Part shown: positions 50,470-62,800 of the stretch, piece by piece
How the letters are laid out: each line of letters starts with the position of its first letter
How positions within the stretch are numbered: position 1 is the first letter of the stretch
From: Lama glama
Taxonomy: Eukaryota
NCBI GenBank assembly: GCA_028534125.1
Contig: CM052816.1
Location: forward strand, 92,072,001-92,136,000
Length of the DNA: 64,000 nt
Direction of reading: 5' to 3'
Notes under the pieces: model-generated
What the model saw: the letters and a program-made list of their open reading frames with translations, nothing else
Told to the model about the DNA's origin: nothing
The model's database searches: none
Made by a program: the position numbers and the translations under genes

Positions 50470-50582
50470 CTTTTTTTCCCTTCTTCCCTTTCTTCTTCCT
50501 TCCTTCTTTCATCTTTCCTTCCTTTCTTCCTTCTTATCTTTCCTACTTCCTTCCTTCCTCCATGTTCTTTTTCTTTCCTTCT
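50470..50582. repeat. (TTCC/TTTC)n pyrimidine-rich low-complexity tract
   Basis: Directly visible. Confidence 0.85.
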
Positions 50583-50924
50583 ATCAATATGTGTTTATTA
50601 GATAAAGTATTAACACGTATTTCAGACGTTGACTTGTTTGGCTTGTATGCTTTTGAATTCCTTGATACCATTATTAGTATCCAGTCCAAATTTTACCCCC
50701 TCACCAGCGGTACTTGAGAGGATCTGTTTTTCTGCACTCACAACAGCACTAGAAAATCAATTATTTTATCTTTATTATCTCAATGAGTCAAAATTGAAAT
50801 CACATTGCTTTTAGATTTTCATTTCCTCGATGATCAGTGGGGTACAACTTTCCTTGCTAAGAGGGATGGTATACAACCTGCTCCCTCCTCCTGGAATTCT
50901 ACTTTAAGGTTTACAGGATGTTCG

Positions 50925-51075
50925 AACTGGCAAGGGGTCAACCCTCTCATTTTACAGAAGAGAAGATTGAGACCAGCAAGGCAAAATGTCTTTCCTAAGT
51001 CACTCTCTTAATTTGTAGCAGGTCTGGGACCAGAATAAGGAGTGACCTGCTCCAAAATCAGCTCTCTGTCCACTA
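50925..51075 (-). mobile_element. MIR SINE
   Basis: ctcattttacagaagagaagattgagacc...cctaagtcac...gcaggtctgggaccagaa. Confidence 0.75.
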
Positions 51076-52369
51076 GACCGATCGAAAAGGGGTTACTATT
51101 TTAAAGTTCTTGTAATGGGAGAAGGGTTAAGAAAATACTTGAAGTGCCAGTCAGGGCCCCTGAAAATAGCAGCTCTTTGAGAAACTGAACAGATAGGTTG
51201 GGTCCTTTGAGCAGCAGCACTGGGAACTCAAGGATGGAGAGTTTCAGGATTATGCTCAGAGTTCAGGGGCGTAGCTTTTTCAGACACACATGATAATACA
51301 CAATTTTCCTCTCCTAAAAACCTACAGAAGAAAGTTTGCCCAGCTCTGCCCCTTGGCCACGTGCCCCAGGACTGGGTGATAAGCAGCACGTTAGTAGCCC
51401 AAGCAAGGTTACCGCATGTTTCAAGACCAGCTCCTGGGCTTTTGTCATTTCCTCTCCGTTACCACTTCTTTAATTCTCACAGACGGAGGAAGGAATTCTC
51501 CACCCAGAGATATCTTCCTGGCTGACTTGCCTCTGCTATTTTAACACTTTCTCTCACTGATTCTTGTTGGCCTCGAGCAAAAAATGATTTACCATGGCTG
51601 CCTCAACCACAGATAAAACAGACACAGCCTCTGTCTGAAAGAGATTACGATCTAAATAAACTTGACTAAAGACGCCCACGTTTCCTCAGGGAGTGGATCT
51701 CTAAGGAAGTGATATTACGCAGGGGATTCTGGAGTGAGACCATGCCAGGGCACCCTGGAGGGAGGGACCTGGGTGTATGGCTCCGTGAATGGACATCTGG
51801 AGAGAATGAAGCTCTGTCTTTCCTGAGGTTCAAATTTCTCAAGATTTGTCAGTAACCTTTGTCCTTGGGTGCTCTGGAAACACATCGAAAAAAGAAGAGT
51901 AGAGGCCATTGCAAAGCTGCTTTCTCCAGGTGGGACAGTCAATCCAGGGACTGTGACAACACTCTCCTGCAGAAGCAAGAGACCTCAACAGTCCCAGGCT
52001 CTTGGCTGCCTAAGAGATCAGCCCTCCGCAGAGGTTCGCACACGCCTCCCAGGCTGCCCCTGCACACAACACGAGCTTGTAGTCATCACAGCTGTGGCCC
52101 CAGACCTTCCAGGTTGAACAGACTACCTGCCTTCCCCCAAGGTCTCTGGATCGTACCTACCTGCATCTCATCAAAGAAGCCTGAGTCTCTCAGGTCCTCC
52201 CTTATTCCCGGACCTCTATACCTCCTTGAATATGATCCATCTTTCCAACCTCCCTTACTTTGGGCCCTTGAATTGTGTCCTCTGAAGGCTCTGTCACCCA
52301 CAAACTCCTATGTATCTTCAACTTCTCTGAAAATTTCCTTCACCTTCCTGCCTATCCTCTGATAATACT

Positions 52370-53050
52370 GATTCCTGTCACCCTCTTCAGTGGATGCTGT
52401 TCCATAGCTTTTGTGTCTTTCAAGACCTGGAGGTGGGGTAAGTTTCCTCCATGCTCTTCACTGCCGCTTCCAAATCATCTTCTGATTTCAAACTTTGCAT
52501 TTCCTGGGAAGCTCACACCATCTGATTTTGCCACTTAATAAACATTCTTCAGTTATCATCTACCAACATCCCACTCACATCCTTCACTCTCTGATGATGA
52601 CCATATAGCACCTGCATCACTGTCTTTATTTTCACTCTTAACTTCTTCATCATTTTATTTGGTGACAGCATTTACATAAATTATCCCCCAACAATTCATC
52701 TCTCTGCCTTTTGGGCTCTTTGCTTCCAGGGATCTTATTTTCCACCTCCCATTAGCAATGTCACAGTCATCTACTTGACTTAGTCATTTCTTATTATTGC
52801 ATTATCTTGAAATCCTGAGTTTCAAGCTTCTCATTCAGCAATAACCACATTGCATTATTCAGCTAATTACTTAATTCCATCATTTTATTCTTCTAAACAA
52901 AATATAAAACCATTGAACATATGACTTTTTCCTTATCCATATCCTTGTGTCTTCACCTCCCTTCTACCCAATTTAAACTCCACAGTCCATCATTATAATC
53001 TTTTTCTTGCCAATTTTCTTAACTCTCAATCCTCTCCTTTTCTCATTCTT
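52370..53050 (+). mobile_element. Degenerate L2 ORF2 fragment
   Basis: ttgcttccagggatcttattttccacctcc...acagtcatctacttgacttagtcatt...aaactccacagtccatcattataatc. Confidence 0.6.
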
Positions 53051-53419
53051 CTTTCACTTCAAAAATTCTTTGCCACTTATTCCTACTCATACCTCTCAGA
53101 AGGTATTGTACCAAGAAATCATGTGTGGTTTGCTGTCTATATTTTGTACCCATATCTACTAATTATCATTCATTATATAAGTTGAATAAAAGACAAATAG
53201 TTTTGTTACTTAGTGAATATCATTACAGCAAGTTGAAAACCATTCAGTTTGTGTTGACCTTACATCCAGGCATCTTAAATTATTTTGTTTGTTCTAAAAC
53301 ATTTTTAATAAAAGATGATTTTTCTGTAGATAAAAAATATTTTTGCTTATATTTTTGCCCAACTGATTTTTAAGCCTTTAGATAAATGTGTTGAAACACT
53401 TGCAAAGATTTCCTAACTG

Positions 53420-53700
53420 AAATCAGAAAAATGGAAACTGAAACAGTGAGATAATTCTTACTCATAATCTGCATTCATTTTTAAGTTTGATAATAGCTCA
53501 TGTTAGCAATGGTGTAAAGAGTTAGTCATATTTTTTTGATAGAAATATAAACTGGTCTAACCTTTTGTGAGACCATATGGCAGAGTCAATCCACAGTAAA
53601 ATATATAACTCCTTTGATTCAGCAATCTTACTTAGAGGTATCTATTATATAGAATTTCTGGCATAGGTACATGAAATTATATATGTGTTTTCATGAAGGG
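53420..53700 (+). mobile_element. Old L1ME-type 3' fragment
   Basis: aaacagtgagata...agaaatataaactggtctaacctttt...cctttgattcagcaatcttacttagagg. Confidence 0.7.
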
Positions 53701-54084
53701 CATGACACCTTACTGGAGACTTGAAGGACAATTAATAAATATTTGCAGGCTAAGATTACATACATACATAGATAAGTTTTATTTTATTTTGTTTTTCATT
53801 TTGATTAATTAGAATGTTTGAAAGTTTGGAAAATCTAAAAAGAACTGAAAAAATTAAAGGAATGTGATAACTTTGGTTAAAAAATAAAAAAGCAAATATA
53901 TAACTTTTTACTGGTCATAAATTACATATATACATAAATTACATATGTACTATATTTATATAAATACGTACACACACACATAGCATTCTATTGGTTAAAA
54001 TGGTCACAAACTGACCCACATTCAAGGAAATAAGGTAAAATTATTTCTTTTGATTGGATGGAATGTCAAAGAATTTGGACCTAT

Positions 54085-54957
54085 ATTTTATTCTATTTCA
54101 TTTTATTTTTATTGAAGTACAATCAGTTACAATGTGTCAATTTCTAATGTACTGTACAGTGTCCCAGTCATGCATATACATACATATATTTGTTTTCATA
54201 TTCTTTTTCATTAAAGGTTATTATAAGATATTAAATATAGTTCCCTGTGCTATATAAAAGAAATATTTTTAAAAATCTTTTTTTATATATAGTGGCTAAC
54301 ATTTGCAAATCTCAAATTCGCATATTTATCCCTTCCCACCACCTTTCTCCAGTAGCCATAAGATTGTTTACTATGTCTGCAAGTCTGTTTCTGCTTTGTA
54401 GATGAGTTCATACAATCTTTTCTTTCTTTTTTTTTTTAATTCCACATATCAGTGATATCACATGGTATTTTTCTTTCTCCTTATGGCTTACTTCACTTAG
54501 AATGACAGTCTCCAGGTCCATCCGTGTTGCTGCAAATGGCATTATTTTATTCTTTTTTATAACTGAGTAGTATTCCATTGTATAAATATGGCACAACTTC
54601 TTTACCCAGTCATCTGTCGATGGACATTTAGGTTGCTTTCATGTCTTGGCTGTTGTATGTAGTGCTGCTATGAACATTGGGGTGCATGTGTCTTTTTGAT
54701 TTAGAGTTCCCTCCAAATATATACCCAGAAATGGGATTGCTGAATCATAGGGTAAACCTATTTTTAGTTTTTTGAGGAATCTCCACAGTTTTCTATAATG
54801 GCTGCACCAGACTGCATTCCCACCAGCAGTGTAGGAAGGTTCCTTTTTCCCCACACCCTCTCCAGTATATATCATTCATGGACTTTTTAATGATGACCAT
54901 TCTAACTGCTGTGAGGTGCAGTCATTGTAGTTTTGATTTGCATTTCTCTGATAATTA
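54085..54957 (-). mobile_element. 5'-truncated L1 (ORF2 end and 3'UTR) inserted in an MLT1 end
   Basis: tttattgaagtacaatcagttacaatg...aattccacatatcagtgata...tttgaggaatctcca...ttttgatttgcatttctctgataatta. Confidence 0.95.
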
Positions 54958-55044
54958 ATCTATGGGCTATGTTGTAAAATCATCACAGAACCAGTCCTCA
55001 TTCTTATAGTGAAAGAGACTGATGATAAACAGATAAATACAAAA

Positions 55045-55180
55045 TATATTTCTAGTAGCTCATTTAATCCTCTCAATAATGTTATGGTTCCCATTTTACA
55101 GATACAGAAAACAGCTAGAGAGATTACGTAGCTTGTGCAAGATCACGAGGCAACTAATAAAAGCTGGCATCAATCTATTC
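55045..55180 (-). mobile_element. MIR SINE
   Basis: ctcatttaatcctctcaataat...cccattttacagatacagaaaac...cttgtgcaagatcac. Confidence 0.85.
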
Positions 55181-55194
55181 TTGAAAGGGGAAGT

Positions 55195-55600
55195 GTAGGT
55201 CAAGACACAGTTCAAATCACCTTGGGCACAAAGGGGAATTGGTTGGCTTGCACCACTGAGAAAAGCCAGGTAGAGCAGCAGGTAGCAGGAATCAGGGACT
55301 TGAGGCTGTGGGTCATGCCTGCTGCTGGCTTCTGCTTCATACTGACTGGCAGCTTTTTTACCTCCTGTGGCAGACTAGCTTTCTCCAAAAGGCAGCTAGC
55401 ATCTCTGGACTCACACTTTCGTTTCACCACCTGAGAGTAAGGGCTACACTTCTCTAGGTCACGGCTGGAAAACCCTAAAGGAAAGACTAACTGGCCAGGC
55501 AGGTTCATGTTTGTGCTCTCCTGTGTCTTCAGAAAAGTAGGGGTGGTTTGGCAAACAGGATACTGTCACTGGCCAAGGAGTGAGCCATTTCTCTAAAATA
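55195..55600 (-). mobile_element. Old MaLR LTR (MLT1K/L-like)
   Basis: aaggggaattggttggcttgcaccactgagaaaagccagg...ctgtcactggccaagg. Confidence 0.55.
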
Positions 55601-56360
55601 GCTGAGTTATCCTCAAAAAGAAAAGGTGCTGGGCAATTCAACAACAAGTGCCCATTTAAAAAATTTAGAAAAGGTGCTTTAATCACATGGTACTTTCTCC
55701 ATCCCATCTGCAGCAGGAGAACCATAAGCTGTTTCCACAAAATGTTCTTCCAAGTGCTTTGAGGCTTTGTGTTTGATAGTTTCTCCTTTACTGTGTCTCC
55801 TACAGTCATGCTAGAGGACTTTCAAAACTAAGTTAAGTATTTTTGCTACCTATGGGTCATTTTATTAAAAACAAATATTTACAAAGGGCATAGACTGTAA
55901 TAATAACGCAGCAGTGTTGTAACTTCTTTTGTGGGTGGCAGAGTTTGGCAGCAGTCAGCAGCTGCTGTGGCATTAGTTACATATTTTCTTCCAGCTCTGG
56001 TGTTTATTAGTATGTGGAAAGTGTTTAGAACCCTGTGCAATCATCATTAATTTCTGGTATAATACAATCTTAATATCATGAAAATTGAACCTGGTCTCTT
56101 TTGCTCGGCTGTACCAGATCCTGCACAAACTTCATTTTAAGGTACTGTGTGTGAGGCTGGAAGGGTTTTCAAGGTCACAGTGACTGGGAGCTCCCAACAC
56201 CCTGCAGAGTTCTTCTGTTTTCCAAAATTGAGATAAGTTTTATTGGTCTGATTATAAATGAGATGTCTGTTCTACAAAGTTCCCTGAGGCACACACCTTC
56301 TAGGAAATGTAATTCCTCTACAACAAAGCCACTTGAAGATTATTTTTCTTCCAAGGGGAA

Positions 56361-56410
56361 AGAATTATGATTGATTCAGAATTATGAATTGATTCAGAAT
56401 TATGAATTGA
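56361..56410. repeat. Short tandem repeat, ~2.8 copies of an 18-bp unit
   Basis: agaattatga-ttgattc / agaattatgaattgattc / agaattatgaattga. Confidence 0.9.
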
Positions 56411-56689
56411 AACTTCTAGTTATCTAAAATTTAAATGATAGTAAATCAAATTACAAATCACCAGATTTAGTGCATGGTGCCATACAATGATTATTATTGA
56501 AAAATAAGGATCTTAAGGAATGACATAACCCTTGTGGACTATCAGAAATTAACCAAATTATGCTATTTTTGTTCAGTGTGTGCACTCTGAATACATAATC
56601 CTCACATAACCAAAACAATTGGTTTACCAGAAGATCCTAATTTTAGTTTTCTGGGTAAGTGAAGGTTCTCTAAACTTTTGTTTATGAAA

Positions 56690-56825
56690 AAATTTTTATT
56701 GTCTTACAGTTGATGCACAATATTATATAAGTTACAGGTGTACAGTATAGTGATTCACAATTTTTAAAGGTTATACTCCATTTATAGTCTTGATAAAATA
56801 TTGGTTATATTCTCTGATCTATACT
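56690..56825 (-). mobile_element. L1 3' end
   Basis: tacagttgatgcacaatattatataagttacaggtgtacagtatagtgattcacaatttttaaaggttatactccattt. Confidence 0.88.
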
Positions 56826-57244
56826 TTTATTTAAATACAATTAATACGAGTCTTTTTGTTGTGCTACCCTGTCAGTTAAAGAAATGTTACTACAGAACAA
56901 CAAGTAAATGTCTTATCAAAGACCAAAATGGTGAAACATTTATGTAGAGCACAGAGTTCGATGTCTCCTCAACAGAATTTTTATTGGCCAAACGTCAGTG
57001 AAGTGCATGTTTGATCCTACAGATCAGAAAAAGTAGATTTCGTAGGCAACATCCAAGTACCTGACAGTGCCTGTTTTGTGTGAATCAAGGCAGGATTGTA
57101 TATCATATGCCATCATTAATTCAATTCCACGCATTCGCTATGTGTACTTAATTCCTGGGGGGGGGTGTGTGTGTGCTTATTCTACCGATTATCCACCCCT
57201 GTTATCTGACTTTGCTTATGTCAATCTTTCTCCAAAAAGCAATT

Positions 57245-57374
57245 CTTTTTTTTAAACATTTTTTATTGAGTTACAGTCATTTTACAATGTGTCAATTTCC
57301 AGTGTAGAGCACAATTTTTCAGTTATACGTGAACATACATATATTCATTGTCACATTTTTTTTTTCGCTGTGAG
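57245..57374 (-). mobile_element. Young, very short L1 3' end with TSD
   Basis: ttttattgagttacagtcattttacaatg...cattgtcacattttt; TSD aaagcaatt at 57236-57244 and 57375-57383. Confidence 0.92.
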
Positions 57375-58569
57375 AAAGCAATTTTTTTTGGAGAAAAATT
57401 TGGAGAAAAGCCAAGGGATTGTGTCAGTTTGGACTCATAGCTAGAGCCCTGCTCTTAGATGCTACCCTCTCATTCAGGAGTTCATATCTAAAACAAAGGA
57501 AAAGATTTAATTAAGTATCTAGAATCAATCAGATAAGAGCCCCTGGGTGCTTATTATAAGTATTTGTAACTTTGTAGGATCACCACTAAAATATGTACTT
57601 GGCAAAATAAAAAGAAAGACATCAGGCAAAATTGTTCCAATTACCCAATTTACATTAGCTTTGGAGGTTTGGTGGTTATGACACCTTCTTTTTTTATGTT
57701 GTGGGATTTGATCCCTGTTGAAACCTAACAGACAACTTTGCTCTTTTTGGATTTTGGACACCTGTTTTATTTCCTGGCCAGGGTCAGTGATCACCACCGG
57801 GTTCACTTCTCCAGCATCCCTCCCTGGGCACATGACTCTACTTCAGTCAGTATTGAAAGATATTTGTTTCTTCCAGTGTCCAGAGTTTCCCTAGCACTAC
57901 CTCTGATCACTTTCCCTGCCAATGTGCCTATTTGTTCCCGCTCAGAATCCAAGTAGTGACACAATCCTAATTATTTTCAGATGATTTTTAATGATGTCAT
58001 TTTATTTTAGTCCATGGGAAGGAATAAAAGTGAACCATCATATACCCATGCTTGAAATAAATACCTAATATAAATAATCTTTCAAATCTCTTTAACAATA
58101 AACTATATATTGTATTTACTGCTGCTTTCAATAGTATAAACTTCCCAGTGTGCCCTTTATCCAAAGGAGACATTTTCAAAAGTGGTAGAGCTTGTTTGAG
58201 TGAGCCAAAAATTCTCTGGAAATGAACTGTTCAGCCAGATATCATATATTAAATATTTCAGGTACCAAGATCTTGCCTCATGAAGACACTAGTATCTTGT
58301 GGAATTCAGTCAATTCCCATTTATGATGAGTTTCCTTTTAAAGAAGTGATTTGCCTCAGAATTATGGTTTGTTGAATTAACATAACTACAGCCCTTTGTT
58401 CAACAAATCTAATCCAAAATAATAATTTGAAGTATTACGTGATTTACAGTTTGGTTTTATCGGACTTGTACTGCTTGCTATAAAGGTTTAAAAGTTTTAG
58501 AACTATCATTATTTTTCAACATTGTCTGTGTTTCCAGCCAATGCACTAAGCAAAAAGGGAAAAGATGTT

Positions 58570-59000
58570 ATTATTAGAAAGTAATTATTATTTGCAAATA
58601 ATATGAATTATCCATCTAGAATACCCAGAAGAATAATGAAAACTGTTGACAACCCTACGATCTACTGAGAATTGTTTCTCTAACATAAGATAAATATACC
58701 AGAATAATAGCTTTCTTTTGTATTAGCAATAATAGGTTAGGTGATATAATGAAAGCAAATCCATTTATATCAGCAACAGCTAATATAAAAGGTATAGAAA
58801 TGTACTGTTTGAGAAATGTGCAAGCTTAACAAGAAGAAAAATTTTTTAAACTTTATTGAAGATCATAAAAGAAAAAAATGGAAAGACAGACAAACATATC
58901 ATGTTGCAGCCTGGACAGTCTTAATATAATCCTGCCTAATCACCTAAAATGTATTCTATAAACTTAATACAATATCAAAGTTGTTTGTTCCATTGGAAAA
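58570..59000 (+). mobile_element. Very old L1 ORF2 fragment
   Basis: ttatttgcaaataatatg...ctagaatacccag...tagctttcttttgtattagcaat...ccatttatatcagcaac...actttattgaagatcataaaagaa. Confidence 0.7.
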
Positions 59001-59871
59001 TTAAAGTTTATCAGAAAGATTTAATGTTCAGACTCAATAGTAACTATAAGTGAATTTGGTTTGGGACCATGATGACAGGATTATTAGATTTTAACTGCTC
59101 CATGTAGCCATTTATGTGATAATTAAGTGAGGAAAAACCTTAAATATTTAATGAGACATTCAGGAGTGGAGGGAGGACAGATTTTGAAACCTACCTTTAT
59201 CTCTGTCTGTGCTCAAATTCCCCTTCTTCTGTTGCCCTAGGTAATCAATGAATCATCCTCCACGATGTCTCCCAGTTTCAACTTCATGTGTGGATTACTG
59301 ATCCAGCCTCTTCAAAAGTCTCCACATCTCCATTCGTTCACTTCTTTAAAACATTCAAAAGATTGCTTTCTTAAACTTGCACAAGAGCTTCAGATTTTGC
59401 AAAGGTATGCAGTTACTATCAAATCAAATTTGAATGACCACATACATAGTTTTGGGGATGCTACAACCATGAAGTTAGACAGATGTCCCACTACCAATGT
59501 AATCTTCGGTGTATTTCTAAAACCTCACTAAGCCTCAACTTCCCCTTTACGAGTGTTATAATATTACCTCATAGGGTTGTTGTGGTGACTATATGTGCCA
59601 AGGTAACCAACTAGGATTTTTGATGAAAAATTAATCAGTCAATCTAAGAAGGAAATGGAAAATTTTATTCCAGCCAAGTCTGAGGATTATAACCCAGGAA
59701 GCTCTGAGAACTGTTCTGCCCATTAGAAGACAAAGCACAGTCATATATGTATTTTGAGACAGAGGGCCCTACATCAGATGACATGCTGTTGACAGTCTAT
59801 AATCCAGATTTAAGCACATCGTGGTGGGTCATGTGACCCCTTACAAGATCAAGAGGGAGTGTTACATTTTA

Positions 59872-60790
59872 TTTTTTTTTCTATGTATATCTGTATCTTT
59901 ATTGTATTTTTTTTTAGTACAAAGGCTTTTGGTTTTATTTTTTTAACAAACATACATGGGACACAGTAAAGTTTACTAACTGAAGGAGATCTAACACACA
60001 AGTTCTCTGTGGCTTTGACATATTCAGCTCCTAAATGATCTCCAGCCAGCAAGTTAGGAATGTACACATTGGTACTAAATTTGATTATTTTTCACATGTA
60101 TCAAAAAAACCCAATTACTTTTTTTTTTCATTGTCACATTTTTTTCTCTGTGATTTATCATAACATTTTGTGTATATTTCCCTGTGCTATACAGTGTAAT
60201 CTTGTTNNNNNNNNNNNNNNNNNNNNNNNNNNNNNNNNNNNNNNNNNNNNNNNNNNNNNNNNNNNNNNNNNNNNNNNNNNNNNNNNNNNNNNNNNNNNNN
60301 NNNNNNNNNNNNNNNNNNNNNNNNNNNNNNNNNNNNNNNNNNNNNNNNNNNNNNNNNNNNNNNNNNNNNNNNNNNNNNNNNNNNNNNNNNNNNNNNNNNN
60401 NNNNNNNNNNNNNNNNNNNNNNNNNNNNNNNNNNNNNNNNNNNNNNNNNNNNNNNNNNNNNNNNNNNNNNNNNNNNNNNNNNNNNNNNNNNNNNNNNNNN
60501 NNNNNNNNNNNNNNNNNNNNNNNNNNNNNNNNNNNNNNNNNNNNNNNNNNNNNNNNNNNNNNNNNNNNNNNNNNNNNNNNNNNNNNNNNNNNNNNNNNNN
60601 NNNNNNNNNNNNNNNNNNNNNNNNNNNNNNNNNNNNNNNNNNNNNNNNNNNNNNNNNNNNNNNNNNNNNNNNNNNNNNNNNNNNNNNNNNNNNNNNNNNN
60701 NNNNNNTTTTGAGGAATCTCCACACTGTTTTCCATAGTGGCTGCACCAAACTGCATTCCCACCAGCAGTGTAGGAGGGTTCCCCTTTCTT
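59872..60790 (-). mobile_element. Young 5'-truncated L1 carrying 3'-transduced sequence
   Basis: Perfect TSD agagggagtgttacatttta (59852-59871 and 60791-60810); L1 sequence at 60129-60206 and 60707-60790; non-L1 sequence with poly-T runs at 59872-60128. Confidence 0.88.
60207..60706. other. Assembly gap (500 N) inside the L1
   Basis: Run of n characters. Confidence 1.
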
Positions 60791-61716
60791 AGAGGGAGTG
60801 TTACATTTTAAAGGGTTGTCTTGTTGATGCTAGGAGAATATTGCTTTTTACGGTTGAGCAGTTATTCCTGCCCATGGGGGGAGGTTTGGTTGATGCATAA
60901 GGCAGACACACAATGCACGAGTGGGGAGAGAGGAGGCCAAAGGACAGGGGAACGTTTTTGCTTAAATTTTACTTGTCTTATCATAAAATACGAATTTTAT
61001 TCCACAAAATACCAATTTAGGTTTTTGTGCTTATAGACCTAGAGGACCAAAAGGAATAGTTTTCTCACATCTGAAGAAGCTAGGCAGAAACTGTGTTTAA
61101 AGTTCTGAATTTCTTATCTGGGAATTTTGAATCATAGAAATGAAAACAGAAATTTTTAAGCACCCCTAATATTCCAAGCCCCAAATGGTCTTATTGTCCC
61201 AAAGGGCAAAAGTAGACTGGCTTAGAAATGAGAGATGTTGAGAGTCTTCCATAGACACAGAAGGTGGTTAACTGAGGCCTTCCAGGCTCATGATTAGTGG
61301 GTCTAGTGCCTGGTTTCCCCACGTGGAAGCCTTAGAATCTTAAGTGGGCAAAGCTTCTAGGTACTTCTGCCTTGACAAAGGCTCTTATGCCCACACTTGA
61401 CACAGAGCTACTTGCCTTCAAGGAACTCCAGGAACTTAGAAAGTAAGCATTTGAAGGTAAACTCAGGGCCAGCGGCCTCATCTCTTATTTCACAAGAACA
61501 AATTTATATTAATTTGGAGAAATTCTTTTAAATGTGAAATTTCCTACCTCAGGATATTATTATGAAGTAAAGTTTTGTGCATGTTACATCAAAAAAAGAT
61601 AACAAAAATAAAAATACAGTGCTCAGCCCAGTAATAAACATTTATAAATGCATACTACATGTCAGTGATTATAATCATATTTATTATGTTGCACTCATGA
61701 CATCTTCAATCAGTAC

Positions 61717-62005
61717 TGTAAAAATTTAATAAATAGACGCCTCAATTAAATACAGTCAGGTGGCCAGAAGAGGGAGCTCTCACACCCTGCAAAGACTCAG
61801 CCAATAAAACACTGTGAACTCTTTGTTTTCTATAGTCCTTTCAACTTCCTTTTTCCCTCCACAAGAGCACTCTCCTTCTCTTCCTGCTGGGACTTGCACA
61901 TGGCTCACCATGGTTGCAGACCGCAAATTCCAGTTTTCTGCTGATGCCAAATAAACCCATCTTTGCTGGAGAAATATTTGGCAGTCTATTTGTTTTAGGT
62001 CAATA
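61717..62005 (+). mobile_element. ERV1-class solo LTR with 4-bp TSD
   Basis: tgtaaaaat...aaataaacccatctttgctggagaaata...ttaggtcaata; TSD gtac (61713-61716 and 62006-62009). Confidence 0.88.
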
Positions 62006-62334
62006 GTACCAAGAAAGCCCCAGTCTGTTCTCCAATATGGCACCTCTGTCCCAAGCAGGGTCTCCTTTGTAGATGCCACACTGTGTTTACTCACTCCAGA
62101 GTCTTTGTCCTTGTTGATTTCACTACCTCCACCTAGATTAAGAGGCCCTCTTCTCTCTGACATTCTATTTGAACCCATCCTTGATAGCCCCATTCAAACT
62201 AAACTTCCTCCAAGAATAATTCCTTGAATAATGCTTGATATTCTCCTGCCTTGGGTTTACTTATATTTATGGTTATTGATTATGTAGGGTTATTAATGTA
62301 TTTATACACAATGGCAGCAGATGCCAGCCATGCC

Positions 62335-62800
62335 CCATTCATTCCTCCTCATTCATTCATTCATTCCTTCTCATTCATTCATTCATTCCTCCTCATTCCC
62401 TTGCACACCTTTGGCTTTGTGATATAAGGACCCGGGACTCTGCCTGAAGGCTTTCTCTGGTCAACAGAACATGCTGGCCAGCACATGTGTGGAGCAGGAC
62501 GAAGTGCAGGAATTCCCCAGGAACAAAGCAAGTCTCAACCAGTGACCTGTGGAAGCTGGAAGGTATATACTCCCAGTCTGTCACCAGATCGTGTCACACA
62601 ATCTAAGGGGTCCAGCAGGATTCGTCTCAGTCTCCCATCACAATAACCTCCCTCTGAAGGCACTCTGTATTGGCATCTTTCCTTTCTCTACCTCATATCC
62701 CCACTCCCTTAGGAGTACTTCCTGAGGTCGTTTCCCCATGATCTACCTCCACCTGAATTCTTGTCTACAGATCTGTTCATTGGAGACACAATAGAAACAG
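62335..62800 (+). mobile_element. ERVL LTR (LTR16C/E-like) preceded by (TCAT)n
   Basis: ctctgcctgaaggctttctctgg...gtgcaggaattccccagg...ctcaaccagtgac...ccccactccctt...ttcctgaggtc...cacctgaattcttgtct. Confidence 0.75.

Larger units (their letters stand above)
59621..61005 (-). mobile_element. ERV1-type solo LTR interrupted by a young L1
   Basis: Reverse strand starts tgtggaataaaattcg and ends ...gattaatttttcatca; reverse AATAAA at ~59664; the two halves rejoin across the 20-bp TSD. Confidence 0.75.

Noticed and set aside
51859..52362. 167-aa ORF in unique sequence
   Set aside because: Non-ATG start, no recognisable domain and overlapping ORFs on both strands; consistent with chance in locally GC-richer DNA.
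56361..56410. Direct repeats as a CRISPR-like array
   Set aside because: Head-to-tail copies with no spacers, in mammalian DNA.
60060..60792. Four ORFs of 191-225 aa in the ORF track
   Set aside because: Artefacts of translating the 500-N gap; the flanks are L1 and transduced sequence.
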